A stretch of 64,000 nucleotides of DNA from an uncultured bacterium (GCA_903861205.1 CAIOTC010000020.1:133273-197272); one strand, 5' to 3'; counted from the stretch's first letter, positions 37,450 to 47,572 are shown. Program-made: numbers and translations. The notes: generated from the letters alone by a model not told the origin.

Positions 37450-39000
37450 TTATTTAATATATGTGACTATTTCCTGACCTTCCGTCAACCCAGACAAAAC
37501 TTCCGTAAATCCGCCATCCGCTTCCAGCCCGGTCGTCACTTCCACTTCGTGGTAAGTTTTCTTTTTCGGATCATCGATCACTTTGACATAACGTTTTTCA
37601 GATCGATTAACGATCGCTCCGGACGGAATAGCCAGAACACCTTTTTTCTCCGCCACCAAAATAGTCATGTTGGCGGTCATGCCCGGTTTGACTTGCGGAA
37701 TATTTTCGAGCGAGCCGGTCACTTTGTAATCAACCACGCCAGAAATAACAGTTGAGGCCGGATTGACGGTCAGAACTGTGCTTTTGAAATGCTGGTACGG
37801 ACCGAGCGCGTCGAACGTGTTGTCGATCGTCTGTCCGACGCCGACGGAGGCAATGTCCGCTTCGCTGACCAGTGCTTCGGTGTGCAACTGTCCGACATTT
37901 TGAAGCTTCATCGCTTCTTTCATGGCTTGAGCTTGTTCGCCGAGTTTGACATCCACCTGCGTAATCGTTCCGTTTGCCGGCGCGACCAAAACGGTGTTGT
38001 CCAAAATAACTTGAGCGGCTTGAACTTGCGCCGCCGCAATATCGACATCTTCCTGCCTGGCCGGCGCTTGCTTCAAAGATAACGCCGCCTGCGCCTGACT
38101 CAAGCTGGCCTGCGCGCTTTTAACCGCCTGACTGTAGGTTGTGACGGCCGTGTAAGCAGCGTCCACAGTTGATTTGCCAGAAACAACCGAGGCGGCATCG
38201 GACGAAACAGTCGCTTGACTACCACCGGAAGTGACCTGTGTGTACGATGTTAAAAGACTGATGACGTCCGTCATGTAATTACTCACAGCAAAAAGATTGG
38301 CGAGCGAATCCGTTGTCACTTTGTCAACGCTGCTTTCGGACAAAGTGGAAATTTCTGTCTGCCATAAAACCAGAGACGAATTGATCGCCGCTCTTTCACT
38401 ATTCACGCTACTTGCCAATTGCTGATTGGTTATAACCGTGCCGGGAATGCCGAACTGCGGATTGGATGATTGAGAGTTCGAAAACAAAGCGTTCGTGTTG
38501 GACAGTACGGCCGTGTTGGCGTTGTTGTATGCAGTGGAAAGCCCATTAAACAAATTTTGTTTGGCATTCGAAAGCGCGGTTGTCGCGGTGTCAACGGCAG
38601 CCTGACTAACAGCCACGTCCTGCGGAGTCGCGGCCGCTTTCACTTTTTCATAACTCGCTTTGGCCGAGGCCAGAGAGGCCAGGGCGCTGCTTTGATCGAG
38701 CACGGCCAGCGTTTCCCCCGCCCCCACTTTATCGCCTTCTTTGACGTTGATTCGTCTGACAATTCCGCCCGTCTGGAAGCCCAAATCGAGGTCGGTCGAG
38801 CTGACAACCTGTCCGGTGGTCAAAACGGTTTTCTCGATGTCCATTCGCTTGACAAAATCAGTCTGAATGTTACCGCCGGCTGATTTTCGGCCAAATAAAA
38901 ACCACCCTCCAAAAAGGACGAGAAGTATAATTACGGTCCAAATTATTTTTTTTCTGGTAAAAAAAGCCTTAACTCGTTCAATAAATGTTTGTAGTTGCAT
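37450..39000 (-). CDS. efflux periplasmic adaptor subunit (HlyD/MacA-like) with long Ser/Ala/Thr-rich coiled-coil hairpin
   Basis: N-terminal TM, lipoyl/beta-barrel motifs, very long alpha-helical insertion. Confidence 0.72.
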   Translation of the reverse strand: MQLQTFIERVKAFFTRKKIIWTVIILLVLFGGWFLFGRKSAGGNIQTDFVKRMDIEKTVLTTGQVVSSTDLDLGFQTGGIVRRINVKEGDKVGAGETLAVLDQSSALASLASAKASYEKVKAAATPQDVAVSQAAVDTATTALSNAKQNLFNGLSTAYNNANTAVLSNTNALFSNSQSSNPQFGIPGTVITNQQLASSVNSERAAINSSLVLWQTEISTLSESSVDKVTTDSLANLFAVSNYMTDVISLLTSYTQVTSGGSQATVSSDAASVVSGKSTVDAAYTAVTTYSQAVKSAQASLSQAQAALSLKQAPARQEDVDIAAAQVQAAQVILDNTVLVAPANGTITQVDVKLGEQAQAMKEAMKLQNVGQLHTEALVSEADIASVGVGQTIDNTFDALGPYQHFKSTVLTVNPASTVISGVVDYKVTGSLENIPQVKPGMTANMTILVAEKKGVLAIPSGAIVNRSEKRYVKVIDDPKKKTYHEVEVTTGLEADGGFTEVLSGLTEGQEIVTYIK

Positions 39001-39016
39001 GAAAAAAGTATAACAT

Positions 39017-39415
39017 TTATTTTAATCCTTTACAATTCGCTGCTGGGGAATAACCCTTGGCCTTAGCCGCCTCCACTGAGGCGAAGGTGACGATATTTTC
39101 CGGTTTGATATTTTTGACACCACCGCACCACGGAAAATAATATTTAGTGCCATTTTTGGAAGCGACGACTTGGCCGGATTCTCCGGCTTGTGCCGAATCA
39201 TTTCCCAAAGGGGTCCCCTTTGGGAAAACAGCGGAAACTGCACTGGCCGCCTGTCCATTTTCCGGCTGAATTATGCGAATCGGAGTATGTCTATCCTCTA
39301 TGGCAGACAGCCGGCCCAAACAGAAGAAAATACCGGCAATTACCAGGCAAAGTATGAGCGTATAAAACGGCGCCACCCGAGACTTTACATTTTCCACCAA
39401 ATCGTTTATACTCAT
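39017..39415 (-). CDS. hypothetical membrane-anchored protein with C-terminal Cys-containing small domain
   Basis: TM helix, then YYFPWCGG...FASVEAAKAKGYSPAANC. Confidence 0.4.
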   Translation of the reverse strand: MSINDLVENVKSRVAPFYTLILCLVIAGIFFCLGRLSAIEDRHTPIRIIQPENGQAASAVSAVFPKGTPLGNDSAQAGESGQVVASKNGTKYYFPWCGGVKNIKPENIVTFASVEAAKAKGYSPAANCKGLK

Positions 39416-39450
39416 GTGGTTACATTTTAACAAAAAATTTCTTACGAGCC

Positions 39451-39540
39451 AACACTTTTCCGTCGCCAGAATAATTTTCTGCTGAAAATTTTCTTCCTCC
39501 TCGCCTCTTCACGGGCTCCGGAATGCGCCGTAAAAGTGTT
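39451..39540 (+). repeat. family-B element, copy 3, between divergent genes 39017..39415 and rpmA
   Basis: Near-identical core; stem aacacttttccg/cgtaaaagtgtt. Confidence 0.55.
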
Positions 39541-39582
39541 ACCTCGACAAAATTTTTATTTTTCAAATATAACTTATTTACC

Positions 39583-39855
39583 ATGGCACATAAAAAGTCA
39601 GCTGGAACAACAAAAAACGGGCGAGATTCCGGACCAAAATATCTCGGCGTCAAAATCACTGAAGGAGACAAAGCTCTGGCAGGCTCTGTTATTATTCGCC
39701 AGCGCGGAACGGATGTTTTGGCCGGCAAAAATGTCGGCATGGGCAAGGATCACACCCTTTTCGCACTCGCCGCAGGCACCGTCAAATTCTCCACAAAACG
39801 CAAAACTCATTTCGACTCGTCAGTCAAAACCAAAAAAGTCGTCAGCGTTGTCTAA
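39583..39855 (+). CDS. rpmA: 50S ribosomal protein L27
   Basis: [24 protein letters not shown]. Confidence 0.9.
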   Translation: MAHKKSAGTTKNGRDSGPKYLGVKITEGDKALAGSVIIRQRGTDVLAGKNVGMGKDHTLFALAAGTVKFSTKRKTHFDSSVKTKKVVSVV

Positions 39856-39881
39856 AACATTCCCCGAAAGGGGTTTGTTTT

Positions 39882-41123
39882 TTACAAAAACAGCAAATTA
39901 CGATCCACTTCGTCGGCTTCGGTGCCTTTGACTTTGCGCTTCAACGCTTTGTGAGTGGAAGCGAGGTAAACAACGCGCTTGCCGAATTTGTCTTCAAGCG
40001 AGTCGATCTGTTTGTGGATTGTTTCGAACTTTCGCGCCTTGTCCGTTTCGCCAAACAAATCCGCCTGCGAGACAGACTCCGGGGCAAGCTCCTGCAAAGT
40101 GACACCAGCTGTCCGGTACAAAACGCCGGGTCGGTGCATTTTGGAAAAATATTTGCGTGCCAAAGAAATCAGAGTTTCCGGAGCATTTGTCGGCGATGAA
40201 AGAACGGCCGAAAAAGCGTCGTACCTGAAATTTTGGGTTTTGAGAAAAAAAGAAATTTTGCGCGGAACCAGTTTATAATGCCGAGCCTTGGCGCAAGCTT
40301 CCTCGATATGTTTCGAAAGTTGTGAAAGCAAAAAATTTTTGTCGTTTGTTGGCGGATGAAATGTCCGTGTTTTTTGAACCGATGAATAAACGGTTTTCGG
40401 CTCCGGATCGATTTCCAAAACGTAAACGCCGTTGAGCTCCAACCAAATGATTTCGTACGGCTTGGAAAGATTTTCTTTGACCCATGAAATATTTTTTCCA
40501 ACGAAGTCCTGGGCCGTGACAATCCCCCTACTTTTCAAAAATTTGGAAGTTTGCGGACCGATGCCCCAGATTTTTTCGATCGGCGTTTTGGACAGAAATT
40601 CCGGCGCTGTCTTTTTTTCAATGACAGAAAGTCCGTCCGGCTTTTTCCATTTCGACGCCACCTTGGCCAAAACTTTTGTCGGCGCCAATCCCACCGAAAC
40701 CGACAAACCGAGCTCGCTGACCACTTCGCGTTTAATCCGCTCGGCGATTTGCAAATATGTCATACGAAGCGTTCGATCGAGACCCGTTAGCTCGGCAAAA
40801 CATTCGTCGATGCTATATTCCTCGACATCATCCGCGTATCGGCGAACGATCTGGAACATGTCGTTCGAATATTTTGCGTACGAAGCGTAATCCCCCGGCA
40901 AAATCAATACGTTGGGAAATTCTTTTTTCAATTTAAATATTGGCATTCCGCGCACAATACCGAGTGCCTTGGCTTCGTATGAAAGCGCCGAAACGATTCC
41001 GCGTTCCTCGCCTGTCACCACCGTTCGTCCGCGCAAAGCCGGATTTTTGGCCACCTCGCAAGCCACGAAAAAAGCGTCGCCATCCATGTGGAAAATAACT
41101 TTGTCTCGCGGGATAGTTTTCAT
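39882..41123 (-). CDS. dinB: DNA polymerase IV (Y-family)
   Basis: FHMDGDAFFVACE, SIDECFAELTG catalytic motifs. Confidence 0.9.
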   Translation of the reverse strand: MKTIPRDKVIFHMDGDAFFVACEVAKNPALRGRTVVTGEERGIVSALSYEAKALGIVRGMPIFKLKKEFPNVLILPGDYASYAKYSNDMFQIVRRYADDVEEYSIDECFAELTGLDRTLRMTYLQIAERIKREVVSELGLSVSVGLAPTKVLAKVASKWKKPDGLSVIEKKTAPEFLSKTPIEKIWGIGPQTSKFLKSRGIVTAQDFVGKNISWVKENLSKPYEIIWLELNGVYVLEIDPEPKTVYSSVQKTRTFHPPTNDKNFLLSQLSKHIEEACAKARHYKLVPRKISFFLKTQNFRYDAFSAVLSSPTNAPETLISLARKYFSKMHRPGVLYRTAGVTLQELAPESVSQADLFGETDKARKFETIHKQIDSLEDKFGKRVVYLASTHKALKRKVKGTEADEVDRNLLFL

Positions 41124-41202
41124 CCCTCTATTATAGGTGAACTATCGTTCACCGTCAAAACCTCTTCACTTTGTTTTAATATCCAATTCTCCCATTTGCA
41201 AA

Positions 41203-41228
41203 ATCATTCGCCGTTGATGGCGAATGAT
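41203..41228. promoter_or_regulatory. palindrome ATCATTCGCC-N6-GGCGAATGAT followed by T5 (copy 1)
   Basis: Same palindrome flanks the ArsR-family gene at both ends. Confidence 0.4.
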
Positions 41229-41251
41229 TTTTGATTTAATTTTATTGATTT

Positions 41252-41515
41252 TTATTTTTTCCAGCGTTCGAGCATCGGAATTCGGCTAGTATAGAACCAT
41301 GCCATGAATCGGCCGTAGCCCATTTCACGCAATTTCTTTTTGCAAAATTCTTGCATTTGCGGCGCTGTGCAATCCGTCCAAGTAAACGCGCCGTTTTGAT
41401 AACAATAACTGCAATACATCGTCGATTTACTTCCGTCGGCGTTCGTTCCCCCGCCGGCCGGATCTTTTTCCAAAGGCATGTCACAGCTTTGGCAATTTTT
41501 GTATGTTTTTTCCAT
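41252..41515 (-). CDS. putative zinc-ribbon domain protein
   Basis: CQSCDMPL...YCSYCYQNGAF. Confidence 0.6.
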   Translation of the reverse strand: MEKTYKNCQSCDMPLEKDPAGGGTNADGSKSTMYCSYCYQNGAFTWTDCTAPQMQEFCKKKLREMGYGRFMAWFYTSRIPMLERWKK

Positions 41516-41552
41516 ACTATTATTTATTAGTTGCTAATTACTAACAATAATT

Positions 41553-42116
41553 TTACCTCGTCTCGTAACCCTGCACAAGCTCGCCGATTTCCATATTTTT
41601 TTCGTCCAAATGAACCCAGATGCTTTTCCCGAGCGACGGTTGAACAGCAAAACTCTCGCCTGGATTTCTGTCAGCGTAGTTAACCACCGCTACGCCTTTT
41701 TGAATTTCGATATTTTGCGGAGCGATTCTGTCGCCGACAAACATGGCGTTTGTCCCTTTGTACACACCGCCTTTATTTATTGCCTCAACCACGTAAAAAA
41801 ATGTTCCGCTGCCACCAGAGTTCTCGGTCAAATACATCACTGCGTCACTCACTCCATCGCCATTTAGGTCGCCGTAAACCGGCTGGCCGAAAACCGCCAC
41901 ATTATCTTTTTCCGCTTTGCCGTTTACCAGCCTAAAATATTTTCCGGCAACATTGTAAGTGATATTGAGCGGATCGTTTTTGACCGTTTTCGTTTTGTCA
42001 TATTTCAAAATAAAATTGACCACATTCCCAACCCACAATTTCTGCGTGGCTAAAAGTCCGAGCCCGATGATTATCAAAACCAAAAGCACGATTTGAAGCG
42101 TTTTGTTGTTTGTCAT
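41553..42116 (-). CDS. hypothetical membrane-anchored protein
   Basis: N-terminal TM, soluble beta-rich domain. Confidence 0.45.
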   Translation of the reverse strand: MTNNKTLQIVLLVLIIIGLGLLATQKLWVGNVVNFILKYDKTKTVKNDPLNITYNVAGKYFRLVNGKAEKDNVAVFGQPVYGDLNGDGVSDAVMYLTENSGGSGTFFYVVEAINKGGVYKGTNAMFVGDRIAPQNIEIQKGVAVVNYADRNPGESFAVQPSLGKSIWVHLDEKNMEIGELVQGYETR

Positions 42117-42299
42117 GCGAGTATTATATCACATCCAAACCGCAACCATCGTGAGTAAAATTTTTCAAATATTCATCGCAGAAATTTTCTCTTTCGTCGC
42201 CTTTCAAAAAGTCCGGAGCAAAAACTTTTATTTTGTAAGGCATTATGGTCAGTTTGGTTTTGCTTCCGTCAAATTCAACTCCAACGACGACTTCTCGTA

Positions 42300-43030
42300 C
42301 CCTGTCGAGGCCTGATTCTCTCGGTGCGGCCTGCATTAATCCCCACCACGACGATTCTGGCCGGCGTGCACGGCTCCTACAACGCCGTCTGGGTGAAGGG
42401 CGTTTACGGGGAAGATACGTTCTACTATGGCCGCGGCGCGGGATCGCGGCCCACCGGTGTAGCGGTGGCGAGCGACCTGATGCGGGTGGCGCGCGAGATT
42501 CGCAACGGCAGCCCGCAGCGCGTCTCGCCGTTCGCGCACGAGCGGCTGGGCGAATACAAGCCCGTCCCGGTGACGGTGCAGCGGCGCGGCCGCCGGCCCG
42601 GCAACGCGCGCGAGCTGCGCAACGCGGTGGCGCCTTCCCGGCCGCTGCACACCTGTGCCGGACAATCACACCGGCCTCGCGGCAAGCGGCCTGATTTCAG
42701 TAGTTTAGAATGTGGAATCGCGGTTGCATCACAGGCCGCAACGGCGAGCCAGCCGCGCGCGATACGCTCGTCGGTGCGGCTGGTGACCGGGTAAGACGAG
42801 GCCTCCCCGCGCGTGCCGTCGGCGCGGCTGTATCGCACGGTCGCCGTGAAGGTGCGGTGGCGGGCTTGATATCGCGGTGCACGATGCCGCGGCCAAGCCG
42901 CACCTGGCGCCGTCAGCGATCCGGCTGCCCGGCGGGCGCAGCGACGGGTTGTTGGTGAAAGCCAGGTCGGTATTCGAGCTCGCCGCCAGGCTTGGGCGAG
43001 GGTGGCGTCGTCCGCCATTACAGCCCACTC
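42300..43030. other. approx. 0.7-kb foreign DNA segment with about 70 % GC embedded in a 40 % GC genome
   Basis: Abrupt composition shift; long spurious ORFs on both strands typical of high-GC DNA. Confidence 0.7.
42324..42500 (+). pseudogene. C-terminal catalytic-domain fragment of a homoserine dehydrogenase from a high-GC donor (70 % GC)
   Basis: ILAGVHGSYNAVWVKGVYGEDTFYYGRGAGSRPTGVAVASDLMRVAREI matches the HSD FYGRGAG..PTA.AV..D region; no ACT domain follows. Confidence 0.45.
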
Positions 43031-43186
43031 ACTACCCGCCCATATTCCATTGCCAAAGTATACGCTCTTTGTTTGTAATGAAGAACATAAGTCCACCGGC
43101 TGCTGCGCAGAAGCAGAAACAACAACGCAGAAAGTAAGGCCAGCCCGCAAGAATAGTGATGTGCACATGTAATAGTTCTCCACTAG

Positions 43187-44047
43187 CTAATTGGATAGAG
43201 TATCCATATTGAACGAACACGCCGTATTTTGAATGTTGTCTGGTAGTAGGGTAAACACTTGTCCGTTGGTGCGAGCAGCTGCCGTGTCATGAGCTTTGAT
43301 TCTGTCGGTGGTATTAAGCATCTGTGCTAGCACTTGTCTCCAAATTCCCTGGTTACGTTTTCCCAGATAGTCTAAGCACTCAATTGAGTCGATCTCTGCT
43401 ACACCCGCATCAGTTGCCTGTTGATCAGTCTGCGAAAGTAACGCATGTTGGATAGCCACGGCCTGCTCTTTCAGTGCCTCTCGGTGACGAGCAGAATCCG
43501 GCGCCGAAAAGATAATCAGTCGCTGAACATCATCCCTCACGCCATCACCGTCTGAGTCTATACCGGCAATGGTCGCTTTTCCCGCCACGCCAGGATCGGG
43601 TGGAAGCACGACTGGAATGGTCGTCGGTGCCAAGGCAGCAAACTGAAGGACTGGCGACAACACTCGCTTCAATTGTCCTGGAAAGGCGGCGGACACTTGA
43701 AAGTTGAAGGAGGCCGGCTGAGCCTCGTTGAGCGTGAGGACAGCTGTGAAGACCTTATCCCCAGCCTTCACATCCCCTGCTTTCCCGTTATCCCCCATCG
43801 TGGCGACAATGGTCTGTACGCCGGCTGAGTTAAGCCGAAGCAGATTAACGCCCGTAGGGATAGCAGACGGCGTGCCGGAAAGATCCACGGTGAACGTCAC
43901 TTGAGTCGGCGTGTTAACCACGACAAGACCGGGCGTTGCGATTGGCGCAGCAATCGTGGGCGGATTTTGCCCATACAGCAGAATCCCGCCCAGCACGAGG
44001 CAAGCGACAAGACCGCACCCGAAGAATAGAACAGATTTGTATTTCAT
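43187..44047 (-). CDS. hypothetical secreted protein (signal peptide; about 55 % GC)
   Basis: MKYKSVLFFGCGLVACLVLGG signal/TM; composition differs from the host. Confidence 0.5.
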   Translation of the reverse strand: MKYKSVLFFGCGLVACLVLGGILLYGQNPPTIAAPIATPGLVVVNTPTQVTFTVDLSGTPSAIPTGVNLLRLNSAGVQTIVATMGDNGKAGDVKAGDKVFTAVLTLNEAQPASFNFQVSAAFPGQLKRVLSPVLQFAALAPTTIPVVLPPDPGVAGKATIAGIDSDGDGVRDDVQRLIIFSAPDSARHREALKEQAVAIQHALLSQTDQQATDAGVAEIDSIECLDYLGKRNQGIWRQVLAQMLNTTDRIKAHDTAAARTNGQVFTLLPDNIQNTACSFNMDTLSN

Positions 44048-44051
44048 ATTC

Positions 44052-44327
44052 TTAAGGAGTAAATGCCCGTTGCCGGGCTGCTACCGCGACCGCGGTAAGC
44101 ATGGTTAGTAATAAAACAATGGACGACGGTTCCGGCACCGTTGTTATCGTGGCGTCATCCATTACAAATGAGTTGCCTACGTCCGGAGCTCCCGTAATCA
44201 TAACACTGGAGATTCCGTTTGCGAAATCCACAGACAAAAACTCGTTCGGGGTGCCGCCAGTGTCGGATGATGTGAAGTTGCTGTCGAACGCCGAGACACA
44301 TGACACAGTCAAGCAAGCCAACGCCAC
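44052..44327 (-). CDS. PEP-CTERM sorting-signal protein (possibly 5'-truncated; GTG start, no good signal peptide)
   Basis: C-terminus TVPEPSSIVLLLTMLTAVAVAARQR = PEP motif + TM + basic tail. Confidence 0.45.
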   Translation of the reverse strand: MALACLTVSCVSAFDSNFTSSDTGGTPNEFLSVDFANGISSVMITGAPDVGNSFVMDDATITTVPEPSSIVLLLTMLTAVAVAARQRAFTP

Positions 44328-44508
44328 AATGAAAAACGCCAGGAAGGCTATGGGAAAGCTGAATAATGTTCAGCAGGTCGCCGTTCTCGCCGGCCCAGGT
44401 CTCATGGTTGCCGGCTTCGTCGCCGGTTCAATGTCAGCCAAAGTGACTAAACCGGAGGATCTGCCATAGTCCAGGCCGTCCCAACCGCCCCGCGCCCGTC
44501 ACCAGACG

Positions 44509-44575
44509 GACCCCGCGGGGCTTTTTCAATTTTAAAAAAACCCGCCCTGCGACAGGTTCTGTCAAAGCGGGCGGT
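44509..44575. terminator. convergent terminator pair: ccccgcgggg+TTTTT (plus strand) and cccgccctgcgacaggttctgtcaaagcgggcgg preceded by A7 (minus strand)
   Basis: GC-rich hairpins with a U-tract on each strand downstream of 44592..45203. Confidence 0.5.
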
Positions 44576-44591
44576 CAATTATTTATAGGTG

Positions 44592-45203
44592 TTACAACCC
44601 AAATTTTTTCAGTCGTGAACGAATAGCGCCGGGGTTGCGGCCGAACATAACAGAAAGTTCCTTTATTGTCTTACTTTTCTCAATTCCTAGTTTTTCCAAC
44701 TCAATATCCTCCTCACCCGTCCATGGTTTGTAAGCGTTTTGATACTTCGCTCGTTGCTTTTCCAAAATTTCAAAAAATTTTTTAGGTAGAAACGTATTCA
44801 TAATTTTAATATTGCCTTCCAATATTATAGGAGTCATGCCGCGAATTTCGTCGGCAAAAATACAGTCAGGAATAGGGTTGTAAAGAAAAATTTTTTTATT
44901 CAGCAAAAAAGCGTTATGGATCTCCAGAAAAGTTGCGCCTCCGATATAATTCTGAATCCCTTTCTTTTCTAAATTTAAAACCAAAATCGCATCATGTCGA
45001 GAAATTATCTCGTAATCTTTTTTGAGCATTTCCTTTTTCCAATTTTCACTTTCCTCTTTACTTTTATTTTTCATTTCCTCTTCCATTCCCGGGGAATCAT
45101 AACCGTTCGGCATAGTTAGTTTATGCCCCATGGATTCAAGCTCCGGAACAATTTCCGGTATTTTGTGGTAATGATATTTGCTGGCACAAATAAAAATTTT
45201 CAT
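44592..45203 (-). CDS. nucleoside 2-deoxyribosyltransferase-like (Rossmann) domain protein with C-terminal HTH-like tail
   Basis: IGGATFLEIHNAF resembles the NDT DSGTxFExG motif; C-terminal TIKELSVMFGRNPGAIRSRLKKFG. Confidence 0.4.
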   Translation of the reverse strand: MKIFICASKYHYHKIPEIVPELESMGHKLTMPNGYDSPGMEEEMKNKSKEESENWKKEMLKKDYEIISRHDAILVLNLEKKGIQNYIGGATFLEIHNAFLLNKKIFLYNPIPDCIFADEIRGMTPIILEGNIKIMNTFLPKKFFEILEKQRAKYQNAYKPWTGEEDIELEKLGIEKSKTIKELSVMFGRNPGAIRSRLKKFGL

Positions 45204-45267
45204 AAATATATTTTATCACACCTGGATTAAAGGTATCTGACTACGTTTTCCGAGGTGTTCATTAATT

Positions 45268-45984
45268 TTAAAACATCAGACTGGATCTGTGCAAAAAATT
45301 AATATTATAAAAGATTTCAAGAAAAGATATGAACGATGTGATATGTGATTTTATTTGTTCTCTTGAAATTTTCGGACCTACTACGGATTTTTCAAATAGT
45401 TTTGGAAAATCTTCTATAAACCCCGGGTGTAATTTATCAAATTCAAACATCCCCATTTGTCCACAAATTTCCAAAAATACTCCGGCAACCCCGACAGAAT
45501 CAAGTGTGGTTCTTTTATCTAATTTTAAATTTTTTACATATTTATCATACTTTGGCATAACTTCATCAAACGCCCATTTCATATAACCATCCAGATTTTT
45601 CTCAGCATATTCAAAATGTTGCTTGAACATTTTTTCTTGTTCTGTAAGTTTTGATTCATCCACATTTTCTTCCAATTCTCCGTCTTTTACACCTTCAAAA
45701 AATTTATCTTGAGGCGAAGCACCTTTTAAAATTTTCTGGGGAAAAGCATTCCACGCATCATTAAAAAGCATCATAGCTTTTTCAAAATCTTTTTCGTTTA
45801 TTTCCGCCGGCAACTTATTCATCATAAACTGAAAATAATCTTTTGAAATAGAGCTGGTTGGTTTATCAAAATTAAAAATAAAATCTTTCAGCCATTCTAC
45901 CGAAACACCTTTTATTTTAATTTTACTTAAAAAAACCGCCAAATCTTTCTCAACTTTTTTAGGATTTAATTTTTCAAATTTCAT
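45268..45984 (-). CDS. hypothetical protein
   Basis: About 238-aa ORF, no recognisable motif. Confidence 0.4.
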   Translation of the reverse strand: MKFEKLNPKKVEKDLAVFLSKIKIKGVSVEWLKDFIFNFDKPTSSISKDYFQFMMNKLPAEINEKDFEKAMMLFNDAWNAFPQKILKGASPQDKFFEGVKDGELEENVDESKLTEQEKMFKQHFEYAEKNLDGYMKWAFDEVMPKYDKYVKNLKLDKRTTLDSVGVAGVFLEICGQMGMFEFDKLHPGFIEDFPKLFEKSVVGPKISREQIKSHITSFISFLEIFYNINFLHRSSLMF

Positions 45985-46135
45985 ATTTAGACAATTTTTT
46001 CTATCCAATCATCCCCCGCCAAATTCTCAATCATTTCCGTCCCCAAATCATCCAGAATCCCCGCATCCGTAAATGCACCCCTCACCGCCCGCATTTTGTA
46101 TTTGGTTTCAGGCATATTGGCATAAATCATACATT

Positions 46136-46447
46136 TTAATCATCAAGCTCACTATCTGTAAACTGGCTTTTGATTACCGCTTTTCTATATTTTAAAATTT
46201 CTAACTCTTTTTTATATTCAGAATTTTTGTTTTCCTCCATTGTTATCATATTTTCCAAAGCTAAAATCGAATATTTAAAATCCTCTTTTAGATTTTCTTT
46301 TATATCATCCATACTTAAAGATCTATTTTCAACTTTTAGTTTTGCGTTTAAGATTTCAAGTTCTTCATCAGACTCCTTGATTTCCCGATCCTTGTTGATA
46401 ATTTCTTTTTCAGTGTCATCAATAAATTGTTGTTTGATATTTTTCAT
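46136..46447 (-). CDS. hypothetical coiled-coil protein
   Basis: 103-aa, Lys/Glu-rich heptads. Confidence 0.35.
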   Translation of the reverse strand: MKNIKQQFIDDTEKEIINKDREIKESDEELEILNAKLKVENRSLSMDDIKENLKEDFKYSILALENMITMEENKNSEYKKELEILKYRKAVIKSQFTDSELDD

Positions 46448-46480
46448 GTATTTAAAATTAATAATTTATCATTGATATTT

Positions 46481-47572
46481 TTATTTTCCTGATTTTCTTC
46501 GGTTGCAATCCTTGCACAACATCTGACAATTTTCGGAAATCGTTTTTCCACCCTCGTGCCATGGTGTTATGTGATCCGCTTCCATTTCTCCTATTTCAAA
46601 ATGTTCTCTGCATTTTACACAAATTCCTTTTTGTTTTTCATATGCTTCCCTCTTTTGGTTTGGAGTAAAGTCACGAATTGAAAGATATTTTTCCTGTCTC
46701 GTTAAAACATAAGGATAAATACCGGATTTTTTAGTCACATCTTCGTCCTGCATTAATTTAATAATTTCTTTTTCAAGTTTCTTTAGATCAAGTTTCTTGT
46801 CCTTGAATTGGTTGTATAGTTCACCCCAATTCACACCCGCCATTTCCCTTCGATAATTTACAAACATTTTCCGTACCCACGCAATTACATTTTGAAAGTA
46901 TTGCCATAGTTCGTCAGAGTTTTTATTGTGCTGATGTTTTGCCATGTAGTCGGCCACATTACCATTATTGATCCACAATAGTGCGGTCTCCAAATATTCT
47001 TGCCTGATTGGTGAGCCGGTCACTAATTGCCCGCCATCACTGGCCAATAGGTATGCCGCGCAGTTTGATTTACTAAATTTGAGCTTTGCGTCAGAAAGCC
47101 ACGGACCAGTATAGACTGCATTCAAAAGCTCCTGTGGTGTAAGCTTTTCACCTGCCGTATTAATCACTTCAAACCAGTCAATTCTCTCTTTATCAGTACC
47201 ATCACAAAAATAGATCATCAATTCGTAATCCAAAATCAGATTCTGTTCTTCTTTTGTGAGATTGTGAAAAAAACGATCGTGTATGGAAAAGTCGCCGTTG
47301 ACATACTGACAAATACTTAGAGTGCGTTGCTGACCATCGAGGAGCTCATAACTTCCGGAACTGTTTTCTATCCAATACATAACATTGAGTGGAAACTTAT
47401 GACTCACAGTCTTTATTACGGCATTGCGTTGCTCCGGTTTGTAGACAAATTCGCGCTGATATTTTGGTCGGATATCAAGCTTGCCTTTGTAGGCGACGAC
47501 ACCCTCCTCATCACTATCTTTGTAGCCAGCAAATACCTCACGAACAGTAATTTTGTGTAGGTTAATTTTCAT
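46481..47572 (-). CDS. DUF262 (ParB-like, DGQQR) + HNH endonuclease fusion; GmrSD-like type IV restriction-type nuclease
   Basis: SYELLDGQQRTLSI; C-terminal EADHITPWHEGGKTISENCQMLCKDCNRRK. Confidence 0.75.
   Translation of the reverse strand: MKINLHKITVREVFAGYKDSDEEGVVAYKGKLDIRPKYQREFVYKPEQRNAVIKTVSHKFPLNVMYWIENSSGSYELLDGQQRTLSICQYVNGDFSIHDRFFHNLTKEEQNLILDYELMIYFCDGTDKERIDWFEVINTAGEKLTPQELLNAVYTGPWLSDAKLKFSKSNCAAYLLASDGGQLVTGSPIRQEYLETALLWINNGNVADYMAKHQHNKNSDELWQYFQNVIAWVRKMFVNYRREMAGVNWGELYNQFKDKKLDLKKLEKEIIKLMQDEDVTKKSGIYPYVLTRQEKYLSIRDFTPNQKREAYEKQKGICVKCREHFEIGEMEADHITPWHEGGKTISENCQMLCKDCNRRKSGK

Noticed and set aside
42124-43183. Long ORFs (181, 252, 149, 156 aa) on both strands in the 70 % GC segment
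   Set aside because: High-GC DNA lacks stop codons in several frames. The translations are Arg/Ala/Pro-rich with no motifs. Only the short HSD-like stretch is credible.
44101-44469. 122-aa plus-strand ORF overlapping the PEP-CTERM ORF
   Set aside because: No motif. The opposite-strand C-terminus is a textbook PEP-CTERM signal. Kept as an open ambiguity, because a plus-strand terminator follows it, but not called.
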